64,000 bases of DNA, taken from Deltaproteobacteria bacterium (lineage in GTDB: Bacteria > SAR324 > NAC60-12). Every line of letters begins with the position of its first letter. The stretch's first letter is position 1. The DNA lies in contig JAYPUA010000004.1 in the NCBI GenBank assembly GCA_038133845.1, forward strand, positions 16,971 to 80,970, given 5' to 3'. Made by a program: the position numbers and the translations under genes. Under the pieces are notes generated by a model. That model made no database searches and was not told where the DNA came from. It worked only from the letters and a program-made list of their open reading frames with translations. This document shows positions 45,704 through 55,692 of this stretch, piece by piece.

Positions 45704-46921
45704 TTACTTGTACTCCTCCAGCTCTTCTGCTGCCTGAGCGATCAGTTCGGCAGCCGTGCCTTCACCCAGCACCACCCCCTGAATCATGCTGTTCATCACC
45801 CGCTGCAGGGCCTTGTAGTCCACGAACAGCGGCTCCGGGCCTCCGGAGCCGATCGGGTCGACGAAGACCTTCCAGTAGGAGTTGTTGACATAGTAGGGAT
45901 TGCTGACCATGCTCTCGTACTTCATGATCGGGGTCAGCCCCCAGCTCATGTCCAGATCGTACTGCGCATCTCCGGAGGAGAGGTCGCGCGCCAGCTCCAT
46001 GGCCAGGCTTTCGTGGCCGGTGCCCTTGAAGACGGCAATCGAGTCGGTGATCAGCAGGGTCCCATTGGTTCCGCTTGGACCGGCGGGGATCGGGACCACC
46101 AGTGACTTGATGGTCTTCTTGTGCTGCCCACGGGCCCAGGGGCCGTCGATGTACATGGCGACCTTCTCGTCGTTGTAGAGGTCTCGGATCTGAGAGCGCT
46201 CAAAGGCGGTTGGGCCTTCTTGAGCCACCTCGACCAGTTTCCCGTAGAACTCCAAGGCCTCAATCGCCTCCGGGCTGTTGAGCTTGATCTCGTTGGTGTC
46301 CGGATCAATCACACGTCCGCCGTTGCTGTAGAGGTAGTTCAGGAACTGGTGCATCGTGTTGTCAAAGTCCCGTGCTACCAGGCCGACTCCGGCAATCCCG
46401 GTGTTGTCCTTGATGGCCTTGGCCATGGCATGCATCCCCTCCCAGGTGTGAGGCTGAACGCACTGCAGGCCGGCACGCTCAACGATCCCGCAGTTGATGA
46501 ACAGCGCCTTGGTCGAGAAGGCATGGGGGAAGCCCCAGAACTTGCCCATGTGACTGACTGTGTTCAGGACACCTGGCTGGTAGTTGCCCTGATCTCCTTC
46601 CGGAATGGCGACATCCACAATCAGGTTGTTCTCGGCAAGCTGCTTGAGGGTCCGCGATCCCATGTAGGCCAGGCTGGGAGGATCTCCTGCGGCCGCCAGC
46701 GTCATGGACTTGTCCTGACAGGTTCCCCAGGGGACGGCTTCGATGTTGACCTTCACTCCGGACCGCTTCGCCATGAAGGCGTCGACGATCTTCTGGTCTG
46801 CAGGGCGCACCTCGCCTCCGCACATGATGAAGTTCAGATTCTGAGCCTGTACGGCTCCGGCGACAAGGGAGGCTCCTGCGGCAATCAGCAGGGACCGAAT
46901 CATGTTTTTCATCAGACTCAT
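45704..46921 (-). CDS. Extracellular solute-binding protein, family 1 (sugar ABC transporter SBP).
   Basis: Signal peptide MKNMIRSLLIAAGASLVAGAVQA; about 400 aa. Confidence 0.8.
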   Translation of the reverse strand: MSLMKNMIRSLLIAAGASLVAGAVQAQNLNFIMCGGEVRPADQKIVDAFMAKRSGVKVNIEAVPWGTCQDKSMTLAAAGDPPSLAYMGSRTLKQLAENNLIVDVAIPEGDQGNYQPGVLNTVSHMGKFWGFPHAFSTKALFINCGIVERAGLQCVQPHTWEGMHAMAKAIKDNTGIAGVGLVARDFDNTMHQFLNYLYSNGGRVIDPDTNEIKLNSPEAIEALEFYGKLVEVAQEGPTAFERSQIRDLYNDEKVAMYIDGPWARGQHKKTIKSLVVPIPAGPSGTNGTLLITDSIAVFKGTGHESLAMELARDLSSGDAQYDLDMSWGLTPIMKYESMVSNPYYVNNSYWKVFVDPIGSGGPEPLFVDYKALQRVMNSMIQGVVLGEGTAAELIAQAAEELEEYK

Positions 46922-47084
46922 GTTTGACTCTCTGTTGAAATGGCGTTCAAAAAAGATGGAAGCACCAAAACGGCTTCGACATCCTACTTTGTTGCAGTGT
47001 TGCGACCTAAGAAGAAAAAACGTTCCGGGAAGAACATTCTTTCAGGCTTCATGGCATAGGCGGTCTCCATTCAGGGTTGCAGCT

Positions 47085-47927
47085 TCAGGACTTGACCGCT
47101 CCGGCGGTCAACCCCGCCATCAGGTACTTTTGCAGGAAGAGGAAGATAAACAGCACCGGGAGGATGCCGATGATGCTGGCGGCCATCATCTCGTTCCAGA
47201 TCACGCTTTGGTAACCGATGAATTCGAAGATTCCGGCAGGCAGTGGCATGTAGTCGCGGTTTTGGTTGAAGGTGACGGCAAACAGGAACTGCTGGGCGTA
47301 GGCCCCGATGAAGGTCGCCACCCCCACAACGATCAGCCCCGGAACGGCCAGAGGCAAGACCACCCTGCGGAGGATGTACAGCCGAGAGGCTCCGTCCACC
47401 CAGGCGGACTCCTCCAACTCCACCGGGATCTTCTCCAGGTAGGCCTTGAGCAACCAGATGCCGGTCGGGACCAAAAAGGCGGCCCCCGGGACAATCATCG
47501 CGGCGTAGGTGTTCAGGAGCCCCATGGTTCGCAAGAGCTTGTAGAGCGGAATCAGCAAGACCGCTCCGGCGAACATGTTGATGGCCAAAAACATCCCCAT
47601 GCTCAAGGCCTTGCCCTTGAAGTCGATCCTCGCGTAGGCGTAGGCCGCCGGGATGACAAACAGCAGGCACAGGGCGGTGGTGACCGTGGCCAGGAAGACG
47701 CTGTTGACGATGTAGCGCGGTAGCTTGGGCACCGTCTCCCAGATCTTGGAGTAAGCCTCGAACGACATGTCCTTCGACCAGAACTGGTAAGGCGAGCGGA
47801 ACAGGTGCTCCAAGGGGCGCAGAGAAGCGAGGAACATCTCGACAAACGGCAACAGGATGAAAGTCAGGAAGACCAACACACCGCAGTAGATGCCAAACTT
47901 CTGGAGAGGGCTGTAGCGGTCCATCAT
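47085..47927 (-). CDS. Sugar ABC transporter permease (MalG-like).
   Basis: EAA loop ESAWVDGASRLYILRRVVLP. Confidence 0.85.
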   Translation of the reverse strand: MMDRYSPLQKFGIYCGVLVFLTFILLPFVEMFLASLRPLEHLFRSPYQFWSKDMSFEAYSKIWETVPKLPRYIVNSVFLATVTTALCLLFVIPAAYAYARIDFKGKALSMGMFLAINMFAGAVLLIPLYKLLRTMGLLNTYAAMIVPGAAFLVPTGIWLLKAYLEKIPVELEESAWVDGASRLYILRRVVLPLAVPGLIVVGVATFIGAYAQQFLFAVTFNQNRDYMPLPAGIFEFIGYQSVIWNEMMAASIIGILPVLFIFLFLQKYLMAGLTAGAVKS

Positions 47928-47930
47928 GGT

Positions 47931-48848
47931 TCAATCCACCTTGTAGCGCTGGTTGAGCTTGTGCAGAAGCCAGAGGTAGAGCAGCGAGAAGGCGGAGAGC
48001 AACAGCACCACCATCACCGCTCGCGTGGCGCCCATCCCGAACTTGTAGTTGGAGATTGCCATCTTGTAGGTATCGATGATCAGGGTCGTGGTCGCTCCAC
48101 GCGGACCGCCTTCGGTCAGAATCCAGATGATCTCGAAGCTGTTGAATGTCCAGATAGCCGAGAGCAGGGCCATGGTCACGATCACTGGCATGATCTGAGG
48201 GAGCGTGATGCGTCGGAAGCGGTACCAGCGAGAGGCCCCGTCAACGTAGGCCGCCTCGTAGAGGTCCTGAGGCACCCCCTGCATCGCCGCCAGGAAGAAC
48301 ACCGTGACCATCGGGGTACCGACCCAGACGTCTGTCACCACTGCAGAGTAGAAGGCGCTGCTCTTGTAAGCCAGGAACTCAAAGGGACCGTCGAGGATCC
48401 CCGAACGCATCAGCACCCCGGAGATGATCCCGAAGTGCCCGTTGTACAGCCAGAGCCATCCGATGCAGCCAATGGCAATCGGGACGATCCAGGGCGGCAT
48501 GACCAGCACCCGAAAGACCGCGCGGCCCGGGAGTTTGGCGTTGAGCAGCGTCGCCCCAATCAACCCCAGAAGCAGCTTCAGGCTGACCGAGAGGGCCATC
48601 CAGTAAAACGTCCGGCCGACAATATCCGGAAAGGTTCGACTGGAGAGGAGCTTCTCGTAATTCTTCCAGCCGATGTACTTCTCTCCCCCCAGCCCGGCGT
48701 TGGTGAAGGAGAGCCGGACCGTCTCAGCCAGCGGCCAGGCGACGACCGTGAGCATGTACAGCGCGGCAGGAGCGATCAGGAGCCACGCAAAAAACGGCTT
48801 TGAGCGGGTCAGGGATTTCCAGTTCTTCTGGGATGCACCAGCAACCAC
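47931..48848 (-). CDS. Sugar ABC transporter permease (MalF-like).
   Basis: EAA loop EAAYVDGASRWYRFRRITLP. The start is placed at a GTG near 48848, because the longer ORF would overlap the GH20 gene. Confidence 0.75.
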   Translation of the reverse strand: MVAGASQKNWKSLTRSKPFFAWLLIAPAALYMLTVVAWPLAETVRLSFTNAGLGGEKYIGWKNYEKLLSSRTFPDIVGRTFYWMALSVSLKLLLGLIGATLLNAKLPGRAVFRVLVMPPWIVPIAIGCIGWLWLYNGHFGIISGVLMRSGILDGPFEFLAYKSSAFYSAVVTDVWVGTPMVTVFFLAAMQGVPQDLYEAAYVDGASRWYRFRRITLPQIMPVIVTMALLSAIWTFNSFEIIWILTEGGPRGATTTLIIDTYKMAISNYKFGMGATRAVMVVLLLSAFSLLYLWLLHKLNQRYKVD

Positions 48849-48868
48849 GGAGCGCTTTTGGAGAGAGG

Positions 48869-50764
48869 TTAGATCAGTTCGCCACAGTTCCAGCCTAGCG
48901 AGCGCCAGATGGGCTCGAAGGCCTGGGCCGCTCCACAAAACGGAGCCAACGGTCGTTTCCGAGACTCTGAACTCCAGGCAACCTCTGCGAGTGCCAGAAT
49001 CCGCGGAGCCAGCATCGGCTCCATCATTGCGTCCTCCTGAACGGTCTCTGACCACAGCTCACCCTGAACGCCGATGATGCGTTCCTCCAACTCGGGCTCG
49101 TCCGGAGGCACCGGATGCCACTCCAACGCATCCTGCATCCGGACATAGGCCGCCCAGTTCATGCCCCGCTCATGGGGTCGAGGGGTCGGAGCCATGTCGA
49201 AGTAAATGTGCTGCGCTGGACACATGACCACCTCGTAGCCGGCTCGGGCCGCCTCCAGCCCGGGGCCTTGTCCGCTCCAGGAGAACAGGATGCCCCCATG
49301 GCCCATGCCGCCCTGCTGACCCCGTCCTGCCTCCTCCCACGCCGCAGGACGTCCTCCGGACTGCACCACCAACTCTGCGGCGCGACGCATGGTCCACTCC
49401 TGTACATCGTCCGTGGTCTCCAGGCCCTGCTCCGCCTTCAGGCGCTGGACGGCAGGAGACTGTTCCCAAACCCTTGGGGGCAGCTCGTCACATCCCAGAT
49501 GGACCACTCCAAAGGGGAAGAGGCTCACGATCTCGGCAAGGAGCGGCCGCAGAAACGTCCAGACCTCCGGAACTGCGGGGTTGAAGGTGTTCTCCAGATA
49601 GCCCTGAACAGACTGCTCCCGGCTCTCGTCCTCCGGGTCACGAAACTCCGGATGCACCTGAAGCAAAGCCCAGGCGTGTGCCGGGATCTCGATCTCTGGC
49701 ATCACCTCGATCCCGAGAGCCTGGGCGTGCTCGACCACGGTCCGCACTTCCGCCTGAGAGTAGGTCCCGCCGAGAGGCCCAGCACCTCCGCCAAACAATC
49801 CGGGAATCCGCTGGTGATGCCCCCGGGACGCGGTTTCCTGGGCCAGTTCGGGGGCTGAGTCCAGCTCCAGGCGAAAGGCCTCGTCGTCAATGAAGTGCCA
49901 GTGAAAGCGGTTGAGCTTGAGCAGCGCCATCAGGTCGAGCAGGCGCAGGAGGCTCTCCACCTGATAGAAGTGACGGGCACAGTCGAGGTGCTGCCCGCGC
50001 CAGCTAAAGCGTGGTTGGTCCTGAAGCACTCCACAAGGCAGCGAACCGCCTCCGGTCTGACGCAACTGCAGCAGGCTGATGAGCGCATGGAGCGCCCCGC
50101 TGTGGTGCGCTGCTCTGAGGGTCACCGACCCTGGGGTGATGGCAAGGGCGTAGGCCTCCTCGGAGTCGGCTGAGTCAAGAGACTCAAACTGCAGAGTGAC
50201 TCCGGGACCCACCCAAGGAGGGAAACCGCAGCGCTGGGCCAGCGCCTCAACCGCCTGAAATGCTCCCTGAAGAAAATTCGGAGCCTCCGGAGAGAGCCGG
50301 AATCCAGCGCTGGCGTCGCAGCTTCCGATGCCTGCAGCCCAGGACTCTGGGTGCGGGATCAGGGACAGCTCCGGGGCCTCTGGAGAGAGTGGCTCCGGAG
50401 CTGCGACCGGCTCAACCGCGCTGAAGTCCAACGGCGTGGGCTCAACGTCGATCGTCGTACCGTCGGCAAGTGCCACGTACGGAAGCTGCGGTCCCCAGCT
50501 GACGTTGGCGGGATGGTGCCGTTCAAAACCGTAGGCAACCACCAACTCCCAGCTCTCACCGTTTCCCAGAGGCACCTCAGGTTCCGGAGCGACTTCCAGG
50601 AAGTTGGCGACCTGCCGGACCGTTCGAGCTCCGGAAACGACCACCGCCAGCGAGAGCAAGCTGAAGCAGAGGTGGAAGCCGGAGATCGGCTCGCCCGCGT
50701 TGTGCAGCCGCAGCTTCAGGCTTCCATCAGGCTGTACAGCTGAGGACAGGCGTAGCAACGGCAT
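48869..50764 (-). CDS. Glycoside hydrolase family 20 beta-N-acetylhexosaminidase.
   Basis: GH20 catalytic motifs HLDCARHF, FHWHFIDDEAF and PEIEIPAH. Confidence 0.8.
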   Translation of the reverse strand: MPLLRLSSAVQPDGSLKLRLHNAGEPISGFHLCFSLLSLAVVVSGARTVRQVANFLEVAPEPEVPLGNGESWELVVAYGFERHHPANVSWGPQLPYVALADGTTIDVEPTPLDFSAVEPVAAPEPLSPEAPELSLIPHPESWAAGIGSCDASAGFRLSPEAPNFLQGAFQAVEALAQRCGFPPWVGPGVTLQFESLDSADSEEAYALAITPGSVTLRAAHHSGALHALISLLQLRQTGGGSLPCGVLQDQPRFSWRGQHLDCARHFYQVESLLRLLDLMALLKLNRFHWHFIDDEAFRLELDSAPELAQETASRGHHQRIPGLFGGGAGPLGGTYSQAEVRTVVEHAQALGIEVMPEIEIPAHAWALLQVHPEFRDPEDESREQSVQGYLENTFNPAVPEVWTFLRPLLAEIVSLFPFGVVHLGCDELPPRVWEQSPAVQRLKAEQGLETTDDVQEWTMRRAAELVVQSGGRPAAWEEAGRGQQGGMGHGGILFSWSGQGPGLEAARAGYEVVMCPAQHIYFDMAPTPRPHERGMNWAAYVRMQDALEWHPVPPDEPELEERIIGVQGELWSETVQEDAMMEPMLAPRILALAEVAWSSESRKRPLAPFCGAAQAFEPIWRSLGWNCGELI

Positions 50765-51231
50765 CAGGGACGGATCTGGAGAATGGCCTCTGCCTCAAAG
50801 GTCATGCCGTTCGGCAAAGACCCCATGCCTACGGCCGAGCGGGCATGACGTCCGGCATCTCCAAAGACCTCGACCATCAGGTCCGAGAGTCCGTTGGCGA
50901 CCTTGGGCTGATCCGGATAGTCCGGAGTCGCTCGGACCATTGCCAGCAGCTTGACCACCTGCTCGACACGGTCCAGGGTGCCCAGAAGCGATCGGGCTGC
51001 AGACAGCAGGAAGAGCCCCGTCAGTCGGGCGTGGGCGTAGGCGGTCTCGGTGTCGACATCTGCCCCCACCAGTCCTAGCTCAAAGGTCCCATCTGGCTTG
51101 CGCGGTCCCTGTCCCGAGAGAAACAGCAGGTTCCCGGTGATCACTCCGGGGACGTAGTTGGCGACGGGTGTTGGGGTCTCGGGCAGGGTGATGCCCAGGT
51201 CCTGAAGTCGTTGTTCGTAGCTCATGTCCAC
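50764..51231 (-). CDS. RidA (YjgF/TdcF) family enamine/imine deaminase.
   Basis: The 155-aa product has Rid-family motifs (GNLLFLSGQ, PNGMTFEAEAI). Confidence 0.8.
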   Translation of the reverse strand: MDMSYEQRLQDLGITLPETPTPVANYVPGVITGNLLFLSGQGPRKPDGTFELGLVGADVDTETAYAHARLTGLFLLSAARSLLGTLDRVEQVVKLLAMVRATPDYPDQPKVANGLSDLMVEVFGDAGRHARSAVGMGSLPNGMTFEAEAILQIRP

Positions 51232-51251
51232 TCCTTCTTGCGGTGAGTTGT

Positions 51252-52250
51252 TTAGGTTGAGTTTCGTTCAATCAGTTGAAAGGAAACATCGATGATGTGC
51301 GGGGCTTGGTCTTCTCCCTCAAGGCGACGCAGCAGCAATTCTGCCGTCTTTCGCCCAATCTCTCTTCCGGAAACCCGGATGGTGGTCAGGCTCGGGTGCG
51401 TGTGCTGCGCGACCTCGAAGTCGCCAAACCCGGCAACAGCCAGTTGGCTGGGGAGGTCCAGACCCTGCTCTCGTGCTTCCGAGAGCACCCCGATCGCCAA
51501 GGTGTCACTGACGCAGATTACGGCATCCAGGTCTGGAACGCGAGCTTGGAGTTGACGCAGCACCTGCCGTCCGTACTCCATCCGGATTGGCGGCTGCCCA
51601 ACCCGCTCCACCACTTCTTCCAGCCCCAGGCGTTGCACGGTCTCTCGGTACCCCTGCAGGCGCTGCTCTCCGCGGTCATCATCGCGCATCCCAGAGATGG
51701 CAAAGCCGATTCGACGCCGACCACGGGCATGCAGGTATTCTGTCAGAGCCACGCCGCAGGCAAAGTTCGAGTAGCCGACGGCCGAGTCGATGGGCTGATC
51801 CGGGAGGTCCCAGATCTCCACTACAGGGACCTGCGCCCGATCCAACCTCCTGCGCGTCTCTGCGCCGTGATGTCTCCCCGTGACCACAATGGCCTGTGGG
51901 CGATGTCCCAAAAGCGCCTGAATCAACTCCTCTTCGCGCTTCAGGGAATAGTCCGTGGTGCCCATGAGCAGCTGATAGCCTTCCTGATGCAGCTCGGAAG
52001 ACAGGCTCTGCAGCGTGTCTGCAAACGGAGAGCTGTTGAGCAGCGGGACCAACGCGACGATGAAGCGGTTGCGCTTGGAAGACAGCGAACCCGCAGCCAG
52101 ATCCGGGACATACCCCAGCTCCTCAACCGCCCTCTGAACCCGCTCCAGTGTCCTGGGAGCGACCGCATCGGGAGTCCTCAGGGCCCGTGAAACCGTCATC
52201 TCGGAAACTCCGGCTCGCGTGGCCACCTCTCGCATCCGGACTGGCTTCAT
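51252..52250 (-). CDS. LacI family transcriptional regulator.
   Basis: N-terminal HTH VTMREVATRAGVSEMTVSRAL plus a periplasmic-binding-like domain. Confidence 0.85.
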   Translation of the reverse strand: MKPVRMREVATRAGVSEMTVSRALRTPDAVAPRTLERVQRAVEELGYVPDLAAGSLSSKRNRFIVALVPLLNSSPFADTLQSLSSELHQEGYQLLMGTTDYSLKREEELIQALLGHRPQAIVVTGRHHGAETRRRLDRAQVPVVEIWDLPDQPIDSAVGYSNFACGVALTEYLHARGRRRIGFAISGMRDDDRGEQRLQGYRETVQRLGLEEVVERVGQPPIRMEYGRQVLRQLQARVPDLDAVICVSDTLAIGVLSEAREQGLDLPSQLAVAGFGDFEVAQHTHPSLTTIRVSGREIGRKTAELLLRRLEGEDQAPHIIDVSFQLIERNST

Positions 52251-52430
52251 CCTGGTCTCTCCACTTACTCCATCACGCCGGCCTCAAGGAGGCCCTTAAA
52301 AGTCACAGAAGTTAACGATACCATCATCTGGTGTCAAGAGTTTTCAAACGCAAAAGCCCCTTGATCAGGTTGGCAGGATCAGGTTACGCTAGGGGCGTTC
52401 TTCGCTATTTTCAGCTCCAGCCAGCCGTTC

Positions 52431-55181
52431 ATGAGCACCTCCCCAAACGAAACCCCGATGATGCGTCAGTTTCTTGACGCAAAACGTGAGCATCCGGACA
52501 AGATCCTGTTCTTTCGGATGGGAGACTTCTACGAAATGTTTGGAGAGGACGCCGTGGTCGGAGCGCGGGTGCTGCAGATTGCCCTGACCTCGCGTGACAA
52601 GAAGAAGGAGGAGGCGCTACCGATGTGTGGGGTGCCGGTGCGTGCTTACGAGCAGTACCTGAACAAGCTCACGGCAGCCGGGTTCAAGGTCGCCATCTGT
52701 GAGCAGACTGAAGATCCGGCGCAGGCCAAGGGGCTCGTCCGGCGGGAGGTAGTGCGGATCGTCACCCCCGGAACCACCGTCTCCCCTCAACTCATCGACC
52801 CCGATCGCAACAACTACCTGCTCGCGCTGATGGGCGACCTGAAAGCCCGGAGGCTTGGGGTCAGCTTTGTCGATGTCTCCACCGGAGAATTTGAGCTGTG
52901 CGAGTTTGCGATGGACGAACTGACGCGCCTCTACGACTTTCTGCTGCAACTCGACCCGCAGGAAGTGCTGCTTCCGGAGAGCCGCTCTGCGGCAGAGTCG
53001 GATTTTCTGGAATCGCTGACCCGCCGGCTCGCCCAGTTGTTTGACTCCGGAGGTCCGACCGAAGAGGAGCGTCCCCAATCGGCAGCCCCCAGTCGGTTCC
53101 AGTTTGTGGACCAGTACCACTTTGACGAACAGTCCGCCCGCAAGCGGCTGCAGGGGCACTTCCGGACCGTAAATCTGGCGGGGTTCGGCGTCGAGGAGTT
53201 GGGGCTGGGAGTTCGGGCTGCTGGGGCGGTGTTTCAGTACTTGAGCGACACGCAACGGTGCGACCTCAGCCACCTGACCTCGTTGCGCCGGCACTCCGTT
53301 GAGCAGACGATGCTGTTGGACGAGACGACCATCCGGAACCTGGAGCTCTTTGAGGCACAGTCTGGGCTGAAGCGGCACACGCTGTTTCACGTGCTCGACC
53401 AGACGGTCACGCCGATGGGGGCTCGGCTGCTGCGGCAGTGGCTGCGGCGGCCGCTCTTGCACGTGGCAACCATTGAGGAGCGCCACGATGCCGTGGCGGA
53501 GTTCTCTGCACAGTTTCTGCTGCGCGAGGAGTTGCGAAACCAGCTCAAGTCGATTCAGGACCTGCCCCGTCTTATCGGGCGGATCAACCTCCCGGTTGTT
53601 GGCATCGCGGACCTTGTCGGACTCCGCGAGTCGCTTGAGCCGCTCCAGCAGCTGCCCATCTTCTATCAGCGTCTGGAGGCTTCACGTCTGCAGACAATCG
53701 GCGCGGAGTTCGACCCGCTCTCGGACGTGCTGGAGCTGCTGCAGACCCAACTCATGGAGCACCCCTCGCAGCGCCTCACGGAAGGGGGATACATCGCGGA
53801 GGGGGTCAGTACAGAGCTGGACGAACTGCGGGAGATCTCCCGAAACTCCAAGGAGTTTCTCAACCGGCTCCTGCAGCAAGAGCGCGATGTCACCGGGATC
53901 AGTTCTCTCAAGATCAGCTACAACAAGGTCTTCGGGTACTACCTGGAGGTCAGCAATGCTCACAAGGCCTCGGTCCCGGATCATTACATCCGCAAGCAGA
54001 CGCTGGTCAATGCCGAGCGCTACATCACCCCGGAACTCAAGGAGTTCGAGGAGAAGATCCTCACTGCCGAGGAGCGCATCGGGGTGCTCGAGCAGGAGCT
54101 GTTCCGAGAGCTGAAGGCTCAGGTTGTGGAGCAGACGGCACGTGTTCAGCAGACGGCACAGGCCGTGGCCGAGACGGATGTTCTGGCGACGCTCGCCCAC
54201 GTTGCCGAGCAAAACCGCTACGTGCGGCCAACCCTCCAGCCGCTGGAGGCCCCTCGGCACCTGAGCCTGCGTGGATCACGACACCCTGTCATCGAGCAGA
54301 TCCGCTTCGGTGAACCCTTTGTCCCCAACGACATCGCACTGAATGAGTCGGAATGCCGGCTGATGCTGCTCACCGGACCAAACATGGCGGGAAAATCCAC
54401 CTACATGCGTCAGGTAGCGCTGAACGTGCTGATGGCTCAGTGCGGAAGCTTCGTTGCTGCCGAGGAGGCATCGCTGACCCTGATGGACCGGATTTTCACC
54501 CGCGTGGGAGCTTCTGACAACCTCAGCCAGGGGCAGAGCACGTTTCTGGTGGAGATGAACGAGGCCGCCTCCATCCTGCACCACGCCTCGCGCAACAGCC
54601 TGGTCGTGCTGGACGAGATCGGGCGGGGAACCAGCACCTTCGACGGGATCAGCCTGGCCTGGGCCATTGTGGAGCACTTGCATGACACCGGAGCCTTGAC
54701 GCTCTGTGCGACGCACTACCACGAGTTGACCGCCCTGGCGCAGGAACTGGCAGGCGTGGCCAACTTCAGCGTGCTCGTTGAGGAGCACGGAGAGGAGATC
54801 GTCTTTGTGCGCAAGATCGTTTCCGGAGAGGCAAACAAGAGCTATGGGGTGCAGGTGGCCCGACTCGCCGGGGTTCCGGCTTCCGTGGTGGAACGAGCCC
54901 TGCAAGTGATGCAGGATCTGGAATCCTCTTCCGTCGCTCACCGGCTTCCGGAAGTGTCACGCCCACCCCGCCCCCAGCCCGTGTCCTCCAAAGAACCGAA
55001 ATCCGAGGTTCAGGAGTCACGAAACGGGTGGCTTCCGGAAGCGTCCCAGCTCTCCTTGTTCGCTGAAACGCCGGAGTGGGTGGAGCGACTTCAGACCCTG
55101 GATGTGGACCAGATCACGCCGCTTCAGGCACTCAACACGCTGCACGAGTTGGTGCAGCAGGCAAAAACCCAACCCTTGTGA
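52431..55181 (+). CDS. mutS: DNA mismatch repair protein MutS.
   Basis: The 916-aa product starts with the MutS N-terminus TPMMRQFLDAKREHPDKILFFRMGDFYEMF and carries Walker A GPNMAGKST. Confidence 0.95.
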   Translation: MSTSPNETPMMRQFLDAKREHPDKILFFRMGDFYEMFGEDAVVGARVLQIALTSRDKKKEEALPMCGVPVRAYEQYLNKLTAAGFKVAICEQTEDPAQAKGLVRREVVRIVTPGTTVSPQLIDPDRNNYLLALMGDLKARRLGVSFVDVSTGEFELCEFAMDELTRLYDFLLQLDPQEVLLPESRSAAESDFLESLTRRLAQLFDSGGPTEEERPQSAAPSRFQFVDQYHFDEQSARKRLQGHFRTVNLAGFGVEELGLGVRAAGAVFQYLSDTQRCDLSHLTSLRRHSVEQTMLLDETTIRNLELFEAQSGLKRHTLFHVLDQTVTPMGARLLRQWLRRPLLHVATIEERHDAVAEFSAQFLLREELRNQLKSIQDLPRLIGRINLPVVGIADLVGLRESLEPLQQLPIFYQRLEASRLQTIGAEFDPLSDVLELLQTQLMEHPSQRLTEGGYIAEGVSTELDELREISRNSKEFLNRLLQQERDVTGISSLKISYNKVFGYYLEVSNAHKASVPDHYIRKQTLVNAERYITPELKEFEEKILTAEERIGVLEQELFRELKAQVVEQTARVQQTAQAVAETDVLATLAHVAEQNRYVRPTLQPLEAPRHLSLRGSRHPVIEQIRFGEPFVPNDIALNESECRLMLLTGPNMAGKSTYMRQVALNVLMAQCGSFVAAEEASLTLMDRIFTRVGASDNLSQGQSTFLVEMNEAASILHHASRNSLVVLDEIGRGTSTFDGISLAWAIVEHLHDTGALTLCATHYHELTALAQELAGVANFSVLVEEHGEEIVFVRKIVSGEANKSYGVQVARLAGVPASVVERALQVMQDLESSSVAHRLPEVSRPPRPQPVSSKEPKSEVQESRNGWLPEASQLSLFAETPEWVERLQTLDVDQITPLQALNTLHELVQQAKTQPL

Positions 55182-55185
55182 TGGC

Positions 55186-55692
55186 ATGTCCTCTCACATT
55201 GCTGTATACCCCATCAGTTCCAATCCTCCCACATTCGGGCATGCGGACATCCTGACCCGTGCAGCCAACCACTTTGAGCAGGTTTACTGGGCTGCCGCGA
55301 TCAACCCTGCCAAGTCATACATGTTCACGCAGGAGGAGCGCATGCGGATGATGCAGGAGTATGTGGACCATTTTCAGCTCACCAACGTCACGGTGGATGC
55401 CTACATCGGCGCCACCATTCGCTATGTTCAGAGCAAGGGCTCTCGGGTCATCGTCAAGGGGCTGCGCAGCACCGACGACTTCCATCCGGAGCAGCAGCAG
55501 GCCTTGGGCAACGCGATGCTGGCCCCGGATGTGGAGACCTTCTGTCTCTTTGGACGGCCGGAGCGTTTCCAGATCAGCTCCTCGCTGGTTCGCGAGCTGG
55601 CGTTGCTTGGGGAAAGCATCGAGGCCTACGTGCTTCCCAGCGTGGCCCGCATGGTTGAAGACGCAGTACAACGATTTCAGGCACAGCAATGA
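55186..55692 (+). CDS. coaD: Phosphopantetheine adenylyltransferase.
   Basis: VYPISSNPPTFGHADILTRA (T/HxGH motif), VKGLRSTDDF and ISSSLVRE match CoaD. Confidence 0.85.
   Translation: MSSHIAVYPISSNPPTFGHADILTRAANHFEQVYWAAAINPAKSYMFTQEERMRMMQEYVDHFQLTNVTVDAYIGATIRYVQSKGSRVIVKGLRSTDDFHPEQQQALGNAMLAPDVETFCLFGRPERFQISSSLVRELALLGESIEAYVLPSVARMVEDAVQRFQAQQ

Noticed and set aside
52251-52430. LacI operator / promoter elements upstream of the lacI-family gene and mutS.
   Set aside because: Only an imperfect palindrome (GATACCA-TCATC-TGGTGTC) is visible. It is too weak to call without a motif model.
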